NCBI GenBank assembly: GCA_050175015.1
Contig: JBFXJJ010000004.1
Span: 64,001 to 128,000, forward strand
Reading direction: 5' to 3'
Source: Alphaproteobacteria bacterium
GTDB taxonomy: Bacteria > Pseudomonadota > Alphaproteobacteria > JBFXJJ01
Length of the DNA stretch: 64,000 nt
Shown here: in pieces, positions 61,762 through 64,000 of the stretch
How the letters are laid out: every line of letters starts with the position of its first letter
Position numbering within the stretch: position 1 is the first letter of the stretch
The notes under the pieces: generated by a model
The model's database searches: none
Told to the model about the DNA's origin: nothing
Seen by the model: the letters and a program-made list of their open reading frames with translations, nothing else
Position numbers and translations under genes: made by a program

Positions 61762-64000
61762 TTACTTAATTTTGTTAAGCAAATTACCAAAGCCCTTAGT
61801 TAAGTCATTAATAATTTCCTTAGCTTGCTCTGGAACTTTCTCTATAGTTTTGTTTATGGTCTCGTTTATACCTGAGGAATTACTACTGCTTTCTTTAGCT
61901 GTAGGAGTAAACTTCTTAGAAAAAACAGTTCCTTTTAAAGCGTTATAACATAAATCCTCATCTTCTGTCACAGTACCCGCAACAGCTTGTCCCAAAGCTG
62001 AAAGTCCGCCAGTTGCCAGTGCTGCACCAACGGTAACGGCCGTTTTAGCTGTATTCATCGCATCTAATGCTGTTTTTGGATTAGCAAACGTTCCTTTTAT
62101 TTTAATTAGCTTCGTAAAAGCCTGAGCCACACCTATTCTGACGCCTTTCTTAGCTTGCGGCATAAAAGAAATATCTAAGGTTTCATCACCTAAACCTATG
62201 CTTCCGCTCAATACAAAATTGGCAGCATCACTTTCAAGGACAATCCCCTTTTCTGTCTTAGCAACACCATCTTTAATATCTAATCTAATAACAGAGCATT
62301 TTGCTAATAACGCATCTTTTGTTGAAGAGCTTCCTAAAAGTCCTAAAAGTTCAGAAGTAATATCTTTCGTAAACCAGTTAAGGAAACTGCTGGACATTCT
62401 GGTTTCTTCTAACACGACTAAAACTGTGCCTTTCAGAGATGCTAGAATTGAGCGCAAACCATCTCCTCTGCCGGTCAGATTGATTTCTAAATCTGTCTTT
62501 CCACCTTCTGATACCTTAAAAGTATCGTTTCCGACATAAACATCTGGAATTAAAACACTTCTTCCCGATGCCTTAAATCTTAAATCTGCAATTGTTCCTG
62601 AAGAAGCGTTAAAAAGCAGAGACGTTTCAAACGAGCCTTCTCCAATATCAGCTTTAATGGCATTAATTCTAAAACTACCGTTATTAAGCCCTGTTTTTAT
62701 AGCAACTTTCTTTAAATTCTGCCCCTCTGGTAAAACTAAAGAAGCAATATTGTATGTCAAATTAACATTTCTTCCCTGAAATGCTTCAAAAGGAATCTTA
62801 ATATCGGGAATAACTCTATCAGACTTATTGTCCGTAGCTTGCTCGGTTTTAGCAACTTCTTGCTTTTCATCTTTTCCACCTTTCGCAGTAGCTTCTGTTG
62901 TGCCTGCAGAAACAAACTCTGTTAAATCTATTTTCTGAGATGTTAAATCAACGACAATATTCTTAAAATCTTTATCAAGCATAACCTTACCAGCTAAATC
63001 ACTAGCTCCAGCTGTTAGCTTAAGATTTTCAATATTAATTTTACTGCCACGATCTTTAACTTGTATCGATAAATCAAGCTTGCCCACTTTAGACAAGTCT
63101 TTTACAAACAAGTTTAAAAAATCACCCAATTTTTCGCTTTTAGCATCGACTTTAATATCGGCGCCCTTAAGAGCTATAACATCTTGAACCTTGCCTGAAA
63201 TATTAACATCTAAATCTTTAACACCCTTAAAGGCAACATTTAAACTGTCAACTCCAGCAGATAATGGTTCCACTGCTCCCGAGGCTTTAACAGCTAGATT
63301 TAAGCTGCCTATCTTCTCAGGAAGCCCAGCATTAACGCCCGCAAAATCAGCTACGCTTTTCACTTCTGGAACAGCAATATTAATCTTAGCATCAAAATTA
63401 GCTTTCTTTAATGGATCGATAACACTGCCATTAACTCCTAAATTCAACCCACCTGCGGTAAAAATTAAATCAATTGGATAAGGATTATCTCCACCGCTTA
63501 ACAATGATGATATTTGCCCAAGAGTACCAGAACCCTTGACTTGCTTACCATCAAAAACCACCTCAAAATCAAGTTCAAGCGGACTGTTTAGGCTCTCAGC
63601 TTTAAGCGCAAAATGATTAATGTTTAACTTATATTCCTGATTAGTTTGAGCATCAGAATAAAGAACTAGACCATCTTGAATAAGGAATTTTTTAATATCA
63701 ACATCTACAGGTAAAGGATTAGAATTTTTGCTTATTTCTTTGTTTTCTTCAATTTTTTCAGCCCCATCATCTTCAGTCTTCTGATCTGCACTAGAAGAAG
63801 CTCCATCTTCTTTTTTGGCTGCCATATCCCAGCCAGCATTGCCCGATGCGTCTTTTTCTAAATATATTTCTGGTCTAATGATTATAAATTTTGCAACTGA
63901 AATCTTTTTTGATAACAGAGGCAACAAAGAAAGTTTGGCTTCAATTCTTTCGGTTTTAACCATATCTTTGTTTTTAGCAAAATCAGCATTAGCAAATTTA
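61762..64000 (-). CDS. AsmA-family protein (5' end lies beyond the window)
   Basis: LSLLPLL..PEIYLEKDASGNAGW N-terminal pattern, beta-rich body and AsmA-like C-terminus; frame open to the window edge. Confidence 0.85.
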   Translation of the reverse strand, partial: KFANADFAKNKDMVKTERIEAKLSLLPLLSKKISVAKFIIIRPEIYLEKDASGNAGWDMAAKKEDGASSSADQKTEDDGAEKIEENKEISKNSNPLPVDVDIKKFLIQDGLVLYSDAQTNQEYKLNINHFALKAESLNSPLELDFEVVFDGKQVKGSGTLGQISSLLSGGDNPYPIDLIFTAGGLNLGVNGSVIDPLKKANFDAKINIAVPEVKSVADFAGVNAGLPEKIGSLNLAVKASGAVEPLSAGVDSLNVAFKGVKDLDVNISGKVQDVIALKGADIKVDAKSEKLGDFLNLFVKDLSKVGKLDLSIQVKDRGSKINIENLKLTAGASDLAGKVMLDKDFKNIVVDLTSQKIDLTEFVSAGTTEATAKGGKDEKQEVAKTEQATDNKSDRVIPDIKIPFEAFQGRNVNLTYNIASLVLPEGQNLKKVAIKTGLNNGSFRINAIKADIGEGSFETSLLFNASSGTIADLRFKASGRSVLIPDVYVGNDTFKVSEGGKTDLEINLTGRGDGLRSILASLKGTVLVVLEETRMSSSFLNWFTKDITSELLGLLGSSSTKDALLAKCSVIRLDIKDGVAKTEKGIVLESDAANFVLSGSIGLGDETLDISFMPQAKKGVRIGVAQAFTKLIKIKGTFANPKTALDAMNTAKTAVTVGAALATGGLSALGQAVAGTVTEDEDLCYNALKGTVFSKKFTPTAKESSSNSSGINETINKTIEKVPEQAKEIINDLTKGFGNLLNKIK

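Noticed and set aside
1-64000. CRISPR arrays, IS elements, rRNA and FNR boxes upstream of nifJ/hydG
   Set aside because: No repeat-spacer arrays, transposase ORFs or rRNA-like tracts were noticed, and no TTGAT-N4-ATCAA site was seen upstream of those two genes.

Overview
AT-rich chromosomal window from a Gram-negative alphaproteobacterium (Rhodospirillales-like gene order) with fermentative, anaerobic markers (pyruvate:ferredoxin oxidoreductase and the [FeFe]-hydrogenase maturase HydG). Most of the window is housekeeping: tyrS, anmK, cysE, mfd, recG, recJ, hom, metG, accA, hisN, yejABEF, a lipid A cluster, lipB and tRNA-Leu(GAG). It also holds two paralogous autotransporters, one split by a 1-bp deletion. 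The main finding is an apparent invertible switch at about 29.7-30.3 kb. A segment of about 560 bp, flanked by 18-bp inverted repeats (16/18 identical, internal dyad TAACT-AC-RGTTA), carries a promoter, an RBS and a signal-peptide-encoding 5' gene end. This head points away from a headless 606-codon GLUG/cysteine-rich surface-protein frame. Inversion would fuse the two in frame (MLNKFKLFSLLFVAITILNPNYGYA-QTAITNC...). No recombinase gene is recognisable in the window. A second candidate is a translational switch before the TM1266-family/hydG operon, with mutually exclusive RBS-sequestering helices and an ATA start codon. All calls come from reading the sequence and ORF track by eye; no database searches were run.
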